Positions 1 through 13,499 of a stretch of DNA of 64,000 bases are shown piece by piece; the first letter of the stretch is position 1, and the number at the start of each line of letters is the position of its first letter. The notes under the pieces were generated by a model, which searched no databases, had not been told where the DNA came from, and saw only the letters and a list, made by a program, of their open reading frames with translations. The position numbers were made by a program, and so were the translations under genes. This DNA is from Laetmonice hystrix (lineage: Eukaryota): NCBI GenBank assembly GCA_965235115.1, contig OZ249440.1, positions 34,598,001 through 34,662,000 on the forward strand, read 5' to 3'.

Positions 1-548
1 ACAGGAAATAACATCCGATCTCGGAGCTACAGAACCCCACCGAACCGAGATGAATAGTAGTAACAAATCTCTCATACTCGAAGTATTGGAGCGGTACTTA
101 AGTGTTAATTTGCGGGACCTCACACCTCGTAGATCAATCGTAGAAAGAAAGAAGGCTAGCACTTTTTTTCCAGGAAAGAAATTTTGCATAGAATGTGGAC
201 GACAAAGGAAGGAGTGTTCCAGGTGCCATCGCCCTATGCCCGACCGTTTTTACACCAACAACCCTAACGAGGAGTGCAATTGCAATTGCAATTTCACCTC
301 GGACAACGCTATAGTGTTTCCGGAAATAGCTGAGATAGAACACATGAGTGAGCCGAGCAGCAGTTTTACGCGAACACTCGAGCTGGACGGACGGGTTTAT
401 TGAGAGCACTGTGCAAGGATTACGTTGACTCCTTTTTAAGCCCATATGGCCGTTTAATTTTGTCTTATTGCAAGCCTACAGCCTGCCGGGCGTAAAGGTG
501 GAATATTTCGTATATTTTAATCTAATTTCGAGTTATTTGTCATTCTAG

Positions 549-2349
549 GAGCGAGTGAGCGAGTGAGTGAGTAGTGGTGGTTTTCCGCCGTGCCGGCATC
601 TGGGGCCATATTCACGGCGAAAACAGAGTTATAAGACCATAAAACCAAAGGAACCTATTTTATCCCGGGTCCCAGCGGGAACACCACCAAAACACATCTA
701 TAATAGAGTCAGAAGTCCAGCCTCTGACAAGAACTCTAAAATCACTCCTGGTCTGATATTGCTAAAAAGATCCTTAAGACTCGTCTCATTATAAAACCTT
801 TGTCTGATGAGAGTAAAATCGCCACATTCGAGTAAAAGATGCTTCAGTGTCAAAGGACACTGACAGCCATAACATTCTGGAGGTGGCTCCCCCTTCAATA
901 AAAACACATGGGTTAATCTAGAATGACCAACTCTGCATCGAGTAAAAACAATTTCATGCCTACGTTGGGTTAGGCCATGATGATACCTTTGGTTTACCAT
1001 GGGACTGATCTGATACAACTTATTGTTTGGTTGTTCATCCCATTCGGCCTGCCATTTGTTTTTAACATAAGCCCAGATGGTAGGTCTGAGGTCAGAGGCT
1101 GGGATTGGACACAATTCGACGTCTGTTTCAAGAGCCCTGTTGGCAGTTCTGTCTGCTTGCTCATTGCCGGGGATGCCAACATGACCAGGCACCCAGCAAA
1201 AGTGAATGTCAAAGTTTGCATTGGCAAGCATTGCCAACTTGGACAAGATTCGAACGATCACTGGGTGATCTGTGTTCAAGTTAGCAAGTGCTTGCAGACA
1301 GGATAAGGAATCCGAGAAAATAAGGAAGTCCTTTTTGCCCCAAACTTCAATATTTTGAAGGGCAAGAAGCAGGGCCCGGGCCTCTGCTGAGAAGATGGAA
1401 CTTTGCCTTGAGATGCGGGTGCCGAAGTTGTGTTTGCCATGAACTGCTGCCGCAGACACATCACTGCCATCCTTTGAGCCATCAGTATAGAAGGCATAAT
1501 GAGACAGATACCTTGCCTGGACGTCAAGGAAATGGTCAAAATATGTCAGGGGATGAGTCTCCGATTTCTTCAGTTGAGCCAACTGAAGAATGACATCAGG
1601 CTTTTCCAGGTCCCAAGGAGGGATATTGCAAAAGTGTGTCTGCCCCAGGGCGTTCAGATCAACATCCAGTTCCTCTAGATGAGGTTTCACCCTCAGTCCA
1701 AAAGGACGTATGTACGTTTCCTTTCTTTCATATAAATGTTGGAACTGAGGGTGAAAAACGCAATTGTAAGCTGGATTTGACCCATTTGTCCCGAGCTTGA
1801 CTGCATAATGCAGAGCCAGCTTCAGACGCCTGTTGTAAAGCGAAAGGCTCTGTGGCCTCCAGATAGAGGCTCTGAACAGGAGACGTTCTAAAAGCCCCAA
1901 GTGAAAGCCGCAAACCCTGGTGGTGAACCGTGTCCAAAAGCCGTATGTAAGACTTACAAGCAGAACCGTAAACTATGCTGCCGTAATCGAGCTTCGACCG
2001 GATTAAAGCTCTGTACAGTTGTAAAAGGACTGTTCTGTCTACCCCCCAGTTTGTGCCAAATAAAACCTTGAGGACATCCAGAGCCTTAAGGCATCTGGAT
2101 TTGAGCGATTTAATGTGAGGAATAAAAGACAGCTTGCTGTCAAAAGTGAGACCCAGAAACTTTTTAACAACTTTGACGGGATCTCCATCCATTGTCAACT
2201 CGGGGTCAAGATGGAAAGCACGCAGCTTGCAAAAGTGCATGCAGACCGTTTTAGATTTAGAAAACTTAAAACCTTTTTCCACTGACCAAGTATGGATTCT
2301 ATTAAGACAAGTTGGAGTTGTCTTTCAATGGCATTCATGTTTTTGCCTC
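549..2349 (-). mobile_element. I-group non-LTR retrotransposon (LINE) copy 1, 5'-truncated; RT C-terminus, RNase H and C-terminal Cys/His motif, frameshifted
   Basis: Minus-strand ORFs 1728-2282 (KFLGLTFDSKLSF..LYRALIRSKLDYG) and 698-1900 (FYTDGSK, FSAEARA, FSDSLS, WVPGHVGIPGNEQAD, CYGCQCPLTLKHLLLEC). 3' UTR ends in an (ACTC)n tail, read as gagtgagtgagt on +. Confidence 0.93.
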
Positions 2350-2582
2350 TAGCAGACGTTAAAGTCATCAACGAACAGGCTGCAGGGCGGACCACTTCCA
2401 TCTCATCACGTACAGGTAAAAAATGTTCATGGCATTGTGCTGCAGCATTCGTTTCACCCTGTGTAAATAAATGAGGTCAAAGGCAACACAATATTACCCG
2501 TTAAATTAAAAATTACCTTTCACTTTTCAGGGAAAACGAGTCCCAGTTCCTTTTCGTACACCAGACGCAGGAACAAGAAGAA

Positions 2583-5500
2583 CTAGACCCGTTGCGGTGA
2601 TAACCACAATGGATCCCATCCCCTGGGGGGTCCCGTCTACCATGTTCTGATTTAGTAGAGAGAGCTACGGCTATTCAAAATGAAAGAGCATATATATTGC
2701 TTCCTGTTAGTGTTAGTGTTTAAATGTAGGTATAGCTCTAACTTCAACCATTTACAAGTTATAGCCCTGAGAAAGTATTGATGACATCGTTATGACGTCA
2801 TAGGTCACGTGACCTGAAAAATAATGGTAACAAATGAAAGAGCGTATATGACTTTCTATTAGTCTTTACTAGTAACTATGGCTCTAACTTCAACCATTTA
2901 CAAGATATAGCCCTAAAAAATATGGATGACATCGTTATGACGCCATAGGTCACGTGACCTGAAAAATAATGGTGCAAAATGAAGGAGCACATATGACTTC
3001 CTGTTCGTCTTCAATAGTAACTATGACTCTAACTTCAACCATTTACAAGTGATAGCCCTGAGAAAACATGGTTGACATCATTATGACGTCATAGGTCACG
3101 TGACCTGAAAAATAATGGTGTCAAGTGAAAGAGCATATATGACTTCCTATTAGTGTTCAATAGTAACTATGGCTCTATCTTCAACCATTCCCAAGTTATA
3201 GCCCTGAGAAAATATGGATGACATTCTTATGACATCACAGGTAACTTCAACCATTTACAAGATATAGCCCTAAAAAATATGGATGACATCGTTATGACGC
3301 CATAGGTCACGTGACCTGAAAAATAATGGTGCAAAATGAAGGAGCACATATGACTTCCTGTTCGTCTTCAATAGTAACTATGACTCTAACTTCAACCATT
3401 TACAAGTGATAGCCCTGAGAAAACATGGTTGACATCATTATGACGTCATAGGTCACGTGACCTGAAAAATAATGGTGTCAAGTGAAAGAGCATATATGAC
3501 TTCCTATTAGTGTTCAATAGTAACTATGGCTCTATCTTCAACCATTCCCAAGTTATAGCCCTGAGAAAATATGGATGACATTCTTATGACATCACAGGTC
3601 ACGTGACCTAAAATAATAATGGTGCCACATGAAAGAGCATATATGACTTCCTATTCATCTTAAATAGTATGTATGACTCTAACTTCAACCATTTACAAGT
3701 GATGTCCCTGAGAAAACATGGTTGACATCATTATGACGTCATAGGTCACGTGACCTGAAAAATAATGGTGTCAAGTGAAAGAACATATATGACTTCCTAT
3801 TAGTGTTTAATAGTAACTATGGCTCTATCTTCTACCATTTACAAGTTATAGCCCTGAGAAAATATTGATGACATCGTTATGACATCATAGGTCACGTGAC
3901 CTGAAAAATAATGGTGCCAAATGAAAGAGCATATATGACTTCCTATTCGTGTTCAATAGTAATTATGGCCCTATCTGACACTGTTTAGAAGTTGTAGCCA
4001 TAGATATCTAAACTGGCCACTTTTGAAAATTTCAAGGTCACGTGATTCACGCGAATATAGGTCAAATCGTGTATCCCTGGATAATTCTATTAACGCACTT
4101 GTTAGAGAGTGTTCCTGCCCAATATTGTCAAATTTTACCAATAAATGATGAAGAAGTAGCGATTTAACCGATTTGTGACCTAGGACCCAGTTCTCCCTAA
4201 GGTCAAAGGTCAAAGGTCAAATGAAGGGTCAGTTTTAGGCTAGACCCTTGCCTGATCATAACGCCGTGATAGATCTTGGAAATTCCTAATATGAACTTTA
4301 AAAATGGCCCTTACTGTTCCAAACACGTTTGACGTCATGACGTTATGACGTGACGTCACGTGACCTCATGATTGATTTTGTGACCTGACTTTGTCATGGT
4401 CAAGACATGTGCCAAGTTTGATTGAGATATCTTGAAAAATGACTGAGATAGAGGTACTGTTTACGACTACTACTACTACTACTACAACGACGCAAAAAAT
4501 AACTAGACCCGTTGCGGTGATAACCACAATGGATCCCATCCCCTGGGGGGTCCCGTCTACCATGTTCTGATTTAGTAGAGAGAGCTACGGCTATTCAAAA
4601 TGATGGTGTCAAATAAAAGAGCATATATTGCTTCCTGTTAGTGTTAGTGTTTAAATGTAGGTATAGCTCTAACTTCAACCATTTACAAGTTATAGCCCTG
4701 AGAAAGTATTGATGACATCGTTATGACGTCATAGGTCACGTGACCTGAAAAATAATGGTAACAAATGAAAGAGTATATATGACTTCCTATTAGTGTTTAA
4801 TAGTAACTCTTACTCTAACTTCAACCATTAACATGCTATATCCCTGAGAAAATATAGATGACATCATTATGACGTCATAGGTCACGTGACCTGAAAAATA
4901 ATGGCGCCAAATGAAAGAACATATATGATTTCCTATTAGAGTTTAATAGTAACTATGGCTCTAACTTCAACCATTTACAAGTTATAGCCTTGCAAAAATA
5001 CGGATGAGATCGTCATGACGTCATAGGTCACGTGATTTAAAAATAATGGTGACAATGGATAGAGCATATATGACTTCCTATTAGTGTTTAATAGTAACTA
5101 TGGCTCTATCTTTAACCATTTACAAGTTATAGCCCTGAGAGGATATTGATGACATCGTTATGACGTCATAGGTCACGTGACCTGAAAAATAATGGTGACA
5201 AATGAAAGAGAATATAAGACTTCCTATTAGTGTTTAATAGTAACTATGGCTCGAACTTCAACCATTTACAAGTTATAGACCTGAGAAAATATGCATAATA
5301 TCATTATGACGTCATAGGTCACGTGACCTGAAAAATAATGGTGACAAATGAAAGAGCATATATGACTTCCTATTAGAGTTTAATAGTAACTATGACTCTA
5401 ACTTCAACCATTTGCAAGTTATAGGTATGAGAAAATATTGATGACATCGTTATGACGTCATAGGTCACGTGACCTGAAAAGCAATGGTGCCAAGTGAAAG

Positions 5501-6583
5501 AACATGACTTCCTAGGTGTCTTCAATAGTAACTCTGACTCTTAACTTCAACCATTTACAAGTGATAGCCATGAGAAAATATGGATGACATCGTTATGACG
5601 TCATAGGTCACGTGACCTGAAAAATAATGGTGTCAGATGAAAGAGCATATATGACTTCCTATTCGTGTTCAATAGTAACTATGACCCTATCTGGCACCGT
5701 TTACAAGTTATAGCCCTGAGAAAATATGGATGATATCGTTATGACGTCATAGGTCACGTGACTTAAAAAATAATGGTGTCAAATGAAAGAGCATATATGA
5801 CTTCCTATTCGTGTTCAATAGTAACTATGACCCTATCTGGCACCGTTAACAAGTTATAGCCCTGAGAAAATATGGATGACATCATTATGACGCCATAGGT
5901 CACGTGACCTGAAAAATAATGGTCCCAAATGAAAGAGCATATATGACTTCCTATTCGTGTTCAATAGTAACTATGGCCCTAACTGGCATTGTTCAGAAGT
6001 TATAGCTATAGATAGCTAAACTGGCCACTGTTGAAAACTTCAGGGTCACGTGATTAATCGAATATAGGTCAAATCGCTTATCTTTGGATGATTCTATTAA
6101 TACCCTTGTTAGAGAGTGTTCCTGTCCAATATTATCAAATTTTACCAAAAAATTAAGAAGAAGAAGCGATTTAAGCGATTTGTGACCTAGGACCCAGTTC
6201 TCCCTAAGGTCAAAGGTCAAAGGTCAAATGAAGGGTCAGTTTTAGGCTAGACCCTTGCCTGATCATAACGCCATGATATACCTTGGAAATTCCAAATATG
6301 AACTTTGAAAATGGCCCTCAATATCCCAAACACGTTTGACGTCATGACGTCATGACGTGACGTCACGTGACGTCATGACTGATTGTGTGACCTGACTTTG
6401 TCATGGTCAAGATCTCTGCCAAGTTTGATTGAGATATCTTGAAAAATGACTGAGATAGAGGTACTGTTTACAACTACAACTACAACTACTACTACTACTA
6501 CTACTACAACGCAAAAAATAATAATAGGGAAGACGAAACCACACAATTTCTAGATCCCATCCCCTGGATAGGGGATGGGATAA
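2583..6583. mobile_element. Head-to-tail dimer of a non-autonomous Helentron/HINE-like element carrying a ~140-bp satellite array
   Basis: Two units start with actagacccgttgcgg (about 2582 and 4502). Each has about 10 monomers plus an (ACT)n microsatellite. There is one terminal hairpin, atcccatcccctggataggggatgggat (6554-6581). Removing 2583-6583 restores the MULE codons GAA GAA TTA CTC with no TSD (AA/TT target). Confidence 0.8.
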
Positions 6584-7285
6584 TTACTCATAAAGTACGG
6601 GAGTGAAATCTGTCTGTTGGATGGCACATACAACGTGTCCGACTGGGATGTACCCCTGTTTTTCCTCTGTGTTAATACGAACATTGGTTATAATGTGGTA
6701 GCCACGTTCATTACACAGAAGGAGACACGTGATTCCATAATTGGGGGCATGGAGATTCTGAAGAGGTGGAACCCAGCCTGGCAGCCCGCATATTTTATGA
6801 CTGACTGTGATGAAAGGGAGATCGGTGCTCTGGAACACTTATTCCTTCGTACGTAATAATCAAGATAGAATGGAGTATCTCACACCCCTTACTGGCATAA
6901 TAAATTATTTAAAGTATAGTGTAGTTGGACCCATACTGGATGAACTCTAATATACATGTACCACATCACCTTGTGGCCCAAATTCAAACGGCACATGCCT
7001 TTACGATATACAAAATTTTAATGCTGAAGCAAAGCAGTACCGCCTAACCTCATGTAATGTTTCTGGTACCAAACATGTCACATAGCTGATTCTGCTCATG
7101 TTTTCAGTCGCACAGTGTCTTATCTGTGGTTTTCACCGAAAACAGGCTTGGGAAAGATGGCTCGCAGACTAGAAAATGGCTGCTCTGACAGCAAAGAAGA
7201 TGTCATCAAGCTGTAAGGAGAATGGTCCCGTTCTATTAGTATCCAAATAAATATAAATCCAAATTTCAATTTGTTTGTGTAGAAC

Positions 7286-7545
7286 AGGCCCATTTACTCG
7301 GCGGCCGACGCCGACACGGGCATCAAGTCAAACGGACGTTTATGAAACTTTCATACGTGGAGATAAAATAACCTTTTTTCCTTCAAAACATTCATCCAGG
7401 AAGACATCGTGTTGATCTCTTCCTTGTCCAGGAAGACAAGGTAAAGTGAAAGACCCCGTGCGGTGGGGGTGTGACCCAGGGCCGTGGGGGTGTGCCCCCG
7501 TGCTGTGGGGGTGTGATGTGCATCAGTCGCTGTGTAAATGGGCCT
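7286..7545. mobile_element. Degenerate PIF/Harbinger-type MITE in a MULE intron
   Basis: Imperfect TIRs aggcccatttactcggcggccgacgc / gcatcagtcgctgtgtaaatgggcct; internal 21-bp G-rich repeats. Confidence 0.5.
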
Positions 7546-9013
7546 TGAGTTTGATTTAGTCCATTTAATTGCATCAGGTGCCAACCTTTCTAGGTTGAAT
7601 AATAACTGAATATTATGCATGAACGTCTGTTATCAGCCTCGATTCAATTGCTCATGCAAGGAGCCAGGACGCTGTAGATGAAGCTGTGCACGACCTGGAG
7701 CGTAGTATACATTGGACGTCCAACGCCAAACTCCAGAGGTGGTTACACCAGACCTGGTTACCTCATATAAAGGTAATCTGATATCAAGCGAAATAGAATG
7801 CAACATGTGAACAGCCCTTGTTACCTAACCTATATCACCCATTATCGTAATTGTCCCTTATGTCATAACGTTTTTACCATGTTACATTGTCCACGTCATG
7901 GTAAACGATACCATAAAGGTTATTACACTACTTATTTCATGGAAAGCCTTAGGAATAGCATTGGCTCCCCATTCTCAGTATAACCGCTATAACAATATTT
8001 TTTCACACTCATCACTAAATTGAACATTTCAGGTTTTTAATCTTTTTTAATGTTTTCCTATACACAGCGGTGGTCCGCTGCGTTCAGACAGGACTTGCTG
8101 GCTATTAAAGTTTCGACTACAAACGTCCTGGAAAGACAACATGTGAAATTGAAACAAGACTTCCTACAGTGGGACAGCGACAGGTCACTCAGCAATATCA
8201 TGCAAGTCATCGTTGACTGCTTTGTTCCAGAATCGTGGAATCGGTATTTATTAAAATATGTACTTTTCGTGTAATTGGAATAATTGCATATGGATAGTAA
8301 AAAGAGTATAAAGTGTGCAAAGAAAATTAAACGATTGGTTACGGCTTACAGATCTTTATCCCACATTTTATGGTAGGGGCCATACGTCGCTTGCATTTTG
8401 TAGGCTTATACAAACATATTTGTATTTCATAATTCTAGGTACAAAGAGTATAATCTTACATCGAGCGAGGATTGCAAGTGGTATGCTGACGATGTGCCCC
8501 TATTTCTAAGGAAGAAACCTGTTCTATTCGTACGCCACTGTAAAACCAGGATAGAGGGGTTGGCCACAGTAAAATCGAGGCAATAGGTGTTGCCGGGCAA
8601 CACCAGATTCCATTTCCCATTTATATAGATGACGTGTACCTAGCCGTGACGTGTACATGTACATAGCCATGACGTGTCCCCAGCCAAGACCAGACCTGGT
8701 GATACTTCCCAAAACACTAAATTACGTCATGACGTCACGTCATATGAGGTAAATCTTGGCGTCATTGAAAGAGCATCTAGTTCCTATTCGTGTTCAATAG
8801 TAACTATGACCTTATCTAGCACATTTTAAGAGTTACAGCCCTCTGAAAATGCCAATGACGTCATTATGAAGTTATACATCACACGACGTCATAAAACTTG
8901 GTGTCATTTGAAAGAGCATATATGACTTCCTATTCATGTTCAATAGTAACCATGGCTCTATCGTACACCGTTTCAAAGTTACAGCCATTTGTTTCTAAAA
9001 AAATGGCTATGAC

Positions 9014-12000
9014 TAGGTACGTGACAACGGCCCGCAGATCGGCTGATGTCCTTTGCACAGCAACGTGTTTTACAGCCGTGCACGGTCTGCCATCGGTGTC
9101 CGTCATCATTTCCGGCGTAGTGTGTGTGGAATTTTGCTCTGTACATACAAGAATCTATACACAACTATACACAGTAGGCTACTCCAGTCATGCCAGTACT
9201 TACGCAATCTCTGTCCTCAATAGAACCTTACCATACGGGGGGTATTCCATAGGTGTTCCGTTTTCTATCTGCAGACTCAGTTTTTGATAGCTTTTTCGAT
9301 TTTATTTTCAGACAAGTCTCCTTGCAACCCCGGTATGCCTAAATCAACACCAACAGATACGCCATGTATGCCAAGAATATCACATACACCTAAGACGCCA
9401 GGTTTGTCTATCCGCTCATCTAAACGTCGAGAACCTCTCACCCCAAGAAAAGACTTGATTATTTAGCAGAAACAAAGAGTATCATGAAGGAACAACATAA
9501 AAGTAGGTTAAAGGAGTTACCGTCACGTATTCACTTGCCGCGGATCCATCAAATAAAACACTTACGTCAGGAAATCAATCGCAAAAGACTTGCAATTGCA
9601 AAGATGGACGCTAAAATCAAGATGTTGATGCACTGCAGTCTGATCAGTCGAATTTGCAGAGAGAGGGGAAAAAGTATTCAGTGGACACAAGGATGTTCGT
9701 GTACGATGCAATGTACCCACGAAAAATGTGCCTGTGTTACTGAGACAGTTTGCGAAAAGATTGGGTACAAGTATTGATCCAGTTCCAAATAGGAATACAG
9801 TGGAGTTCATGGCGCGCGAACTAGGTGTCGTATCAGATTTGAAGGCTGCTGAACTGCTGATAGAAAATAAAAACTTAACTTTGGGGTTTGATGCAACAAC
9901 GCAAGAGGGCTTGCACGTGAACAGTATTCATGTTACCAGCAGTGAGGAGTGCCATGTTCTTGCAATTAATCAGTTGCCGGGTGGGACGGCAGAGGACTAC
10001 CAACTTCATATCAATGAAACATTAGACTGTGTGACTGGTGTATACTGCAAATTTTACTCTAATCTTTTCAAGAGTCAGTATTCATCACATCGCAAATACC
10101 ATGACAGATCAGGCCACTGTAAATCATGCCACCATCCAGCATTTGGAGCTGAACTGGCGAAAGAATATAAAGGAACTGAACTGTCATCTACATCCATTGG
10201 ACACAATCGCCAGTTCAGTCCGTACAGCCCTTCATGCCAGTGAACCAAGTGGTTTCGTCAAAAAGTTATTTGGTGCAGAGTGCATATCCCATCAACTCAT
10301 TCTTGCTTTTGTAACGTACCCGGGGAAACGGGACGTTGAGGTTCGGCAATTTGTCTCTAGGTTAAAGTAAAAACCCAACAAAATGTATTAGGTGCATATT
10401 GATCAAAGAGTTTTATTTCATATACGGGCAGGTAAGCTATGCTGGTGTGTGTATTTAATCTAAAGAAAAACGTGTCTATTGAATATAAAATGCATTTCTA
10501 AGGAAGAATTTAGAGTGTTAGTCTTAAATAACAGAACAGCTCTGCAGAGAAATCTATGTCAGAGGACATCATATTCAGCACAGGGAAAACTGTAGCTGGT
10601 ATGAATGTCTTGGCACAGCACTCTGCAGAAACTGGAAAAAGGAAACGAAATCAGAAAGAAAAATGAGTAGTACCTGCTGGTCACCCAGTCCTGGTAGCAC
10701 TAAAGGTTTGAGGGTTATTGGGTCGTTTATGGTTCAGGGTCTAAGAATAGATGAGAAGGCCACTGGTGAGTATAGAGAGGTAAAGGCAACAGGTAGGAGG
10801 TTATCGGTGCTGCCACCTAGCGGGGAAATTGTTAACTGAGAAGAGCGATAATCGACCAGTAAGGCCAGTGAGGTTGAAGGGAGCAGACGGGTATAGCTGG
10901 GAGTATATTACAAGTGATATGAGGAAGGCAAGTTTAAGAGAGACAAGGACAGTGAAGATATGAGGAAGCTGATATATTACACTTTTAACAAGTTTTGTTT
11001 CAAGGACGGACGGGGAGACCCAAAAGGGTTCACCAGTGCCTTGGAAAAGGCATGACTTCCTATGGGTCTTTTACCGCGATATAGAGGCAATCACCTGCAC
11101 ATTATGTTTCACATTGCTGGAAAGTTGCATGCTCATGATGAGTTTTTCATGCAGTTGTTGGAAGAAGCAACTGTTACTTGTGGGGGTTTGCAAGGTGCAA
11201 TTCCCCATGACTACATATCTCCAGTCGCAAAGGTCGAACCTCAAGTCCTGGGAGTAATTGGAAAATTACTCTCTGGTCCGTGGATGGAGAAGTTTTACAA
11301 ATCCAAAGACACACAGGTGAACCATGTTGACGGCATTGCAGTTGTGAAGCAATTAATTGGCACACTGAAAGACTTCTCCGAAAAACCTGAGGCAACTCTC
11401 ACCACTGCGACAGATTTCTTTGGGAAAGAGCTGTCCACATCAGATGAAACAAGAATATCCCTACAGCGGATGCCAGTTGATGTGGACCTCTTCTGGGTGA
11501 TGATGAAGTCATGTCTTCTGAAAGTTATTGATGTCTTGGAAAGACAATACGAGCCATAATTTTAAATTGACATCACAGACTCTTTGAGGGAAGAAACACG
11601 GTCTGCTCGTTCCCATAATATAGAGACTGTTATGGGAATGTTCAGTGCAGCAAAGGGGCATGCACCAAATGCCACAATGTGTTTCTTGTCTTCAAGGATC
11701 AGGGCACAAAAAAACAATGTGACTGAATATCTTGATAATGTACCCACTGAGAAAAGGGACCGGTTAATACAACTTGCTATTACTTTGGAAAGAAAACAAC
11801 GCATGAAAAAAAGAAAGGGAACTGTGCAGATCAAAGCAGACATTTCTCAAAGGTTGGATAAAAGCTGCAAAAGAAGAAAACTAATGAGCGCAACAAACTT
11901 GAAAAAAAAACTCCGGGATTGTGATGTTTCCAACATTCCTGTAGAATTCAGTGGTCTTGAGGAAAATGTTGTTAAAGCTGTGACTGACATATTGACTGGT

Positions 12001-12963
12001 AAAATTGTTGGGCATCAGATATGCCATATCTGGTATGACAGTGATACACAGGAGAAGACACTGTACTTCGGAAAGGTGGAGAAATTGCTAAAGAGAGCTG
12101 GGGGAACTTACCGTCTGGGGTACTGGTTGGAAGGACAGAGCTATGAGGATGATGGTGAAGATGTATGCCTTGGCGGCAGATCTCATCTGTGGGGACTTGA
12201 CCTTATCATGAACATTGGTTTGCAGATGGATCATTTTGCTTGGTGGGCATCATTAGTTGTAAGTTGTCATTGGGGGGGTCTTCACCTGGATACCTGATGT
12301 TAATTGCTGCAACGGCACCACTGTTAATAGCTTTAATAATAGTCAACACAGCCTGTTTTCAATTGTCATATGTCATTCAGTTGCTGCAATTCCCAATTTT
12401 AATTATCTAATTTATCATCTAACTAATTAATTAGGCCTATCTAATTAATTAATTATTTTGAATGAGCTAAGCAGTCCTATAATCAGTGGGCTTTCTTTAG
12501 CAATCAGTGGGCTTTCTTTAGCAATCAGTTGATGCTATCATCATTAAGATTTTGAAACAAGAGGGTTTTTTATTGATATTTTTTATTTCTATTGCAGCAT
12601 CAATTGATAATTGGTTAATTAATTATGTAATTAATTAATTGGTCAACTGAATATTTGTTGATTCCCACATTGAATTCCCTTGTGCTTGCTATATCCAGTC
12701 AAATACTTTTTATTTCATAGAGATATTCCTCATAATGAAGAAGTTATGGCATTTAAGAAACAGGTCACACGTTTTCTTTTGTTTTAATTGATTAGTGTTG
12801 ACCAAAAAAACGCCTAATTTGTCAACTTCAAAATGCCACAGCTCGATTAATCTTATACCTAGGACAGTGATTTAAGCACCAGTTTAAAGGTATTTTCATG
12901 CAGATTCCAATAGTACCAATTGCAGGGGGGTTCCTTAACATCCCATTTTTTGTCACGTACCTA
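9014..12963 (+). mobile_element. Full-length but decayed hAT-superfamily DNA transposon (hATw-like)
   Basis: 14-bp perfect TIRs taggtacgtgacaa / ttgtcacgtaccta and a 7-bp TSD ctatgac (9007-9013, 12964-12970). Frameshifted transposase: LGFDATTQEG, TMTDQATVNH, CHLHPLD, RYRGNHLH, SHNIETVMG. Confidence 0.85.
10310..10981. mobile_element. Solo LTR inserted in the hATw-like transposase
   Basis: Termini tgtaac...attaca with a 4-bp TSD cttt (10306-10309, 10982-10985). Excision restores LILAFNKFCFKDG. Confidence 0.85.
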
Positions 12964-13499
12964 CTATGACCCAATTTCAATGTCACGTGGTACGCTAAAA
13001 ATAAGGCACATCACTTAGTCTGATCCCGGGGCTCTGGGGAACTCCATGGAGATTCCCTGGTATCAAATGCTGGTAGATGCGGCCAGTGAAGACATTGGCG
13101 ATCTGGAAGCTAATCCTCCGGTCATCTTTAGAGTGACCATATAAGGCCAAAAGATAGTAGCCATAAAAAGTTGGTAACTTTTGTCACTGCTAGTGACCAC
13201 ATTGCATCGAGTGTGAAGACATTGGCCATCTGGAAGCTAATCCTCCGGTCATCTTTAGAGTGACCATTGAAGGTTGGTAACTTTTGTCACTGCTAGTGAC
13301 CACATTGCATTGAATATGTTATACTTGGTTAGGATTAACTTCCTTTGATTCTGGCACCATGTTATGTTTTAAAAAGAGGACAACTATGTTTTATTTCCGA
13401 AAGTAGAAAACATAAATGTAGTGGATAAGTTCTGAAAGATATATCTGCTGATATTTTTGTGTGTGTATTGGAACTGGCGTATTATGATAAATGTATCAA

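Larger units (their letters stand above)
2352..8566 (+). pseudogene. Spliced MULE (Mutator-like) transposase remnant, interrupted by a Helentron-type element and a MITE
   Basis: Exons at about 2531-2582 + 6584-6848 (FLFVHQTQEQEE|LLIKYGSEICLLDGTY..FMTDCDEREIGALE), 7108-7212 (CLICGFHRKQAWERW), 7637-7771, 8068-8243 (RWSAAFR..TTNVLERQH) and 8440-8566, with GT-AG boundaries. D..D and CxxH motifs match the MULE family. Confidence 0.8.
8575..13060. repeat. Second satellite-related (HINE-like) fragment, split by the hATw-like element
   Basis: 8720-9000 has diverged monomers of the same family (gaaagagcatatatgacttcctattc..caatagtaac). The host sequence resumes after the TSD at 12964-12970. Outer ends are uncertain. 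Confidence 0.45.

Noticed and set aside
50..403. Cys-rich ORF (CIEC..CSRCHRPMPDRFY), possibly from a Polinton-like or other element
   Set aside because: It looks coding, but it is short, at the window edge, and I cannot assign a family.
2740..6000. Regularly spaced palindromic repeats as a CRISPR array
   Set aside because: The intervening sequence is also repeated (no unique spacers), there are no cas genes, and the context is eukaryotic.
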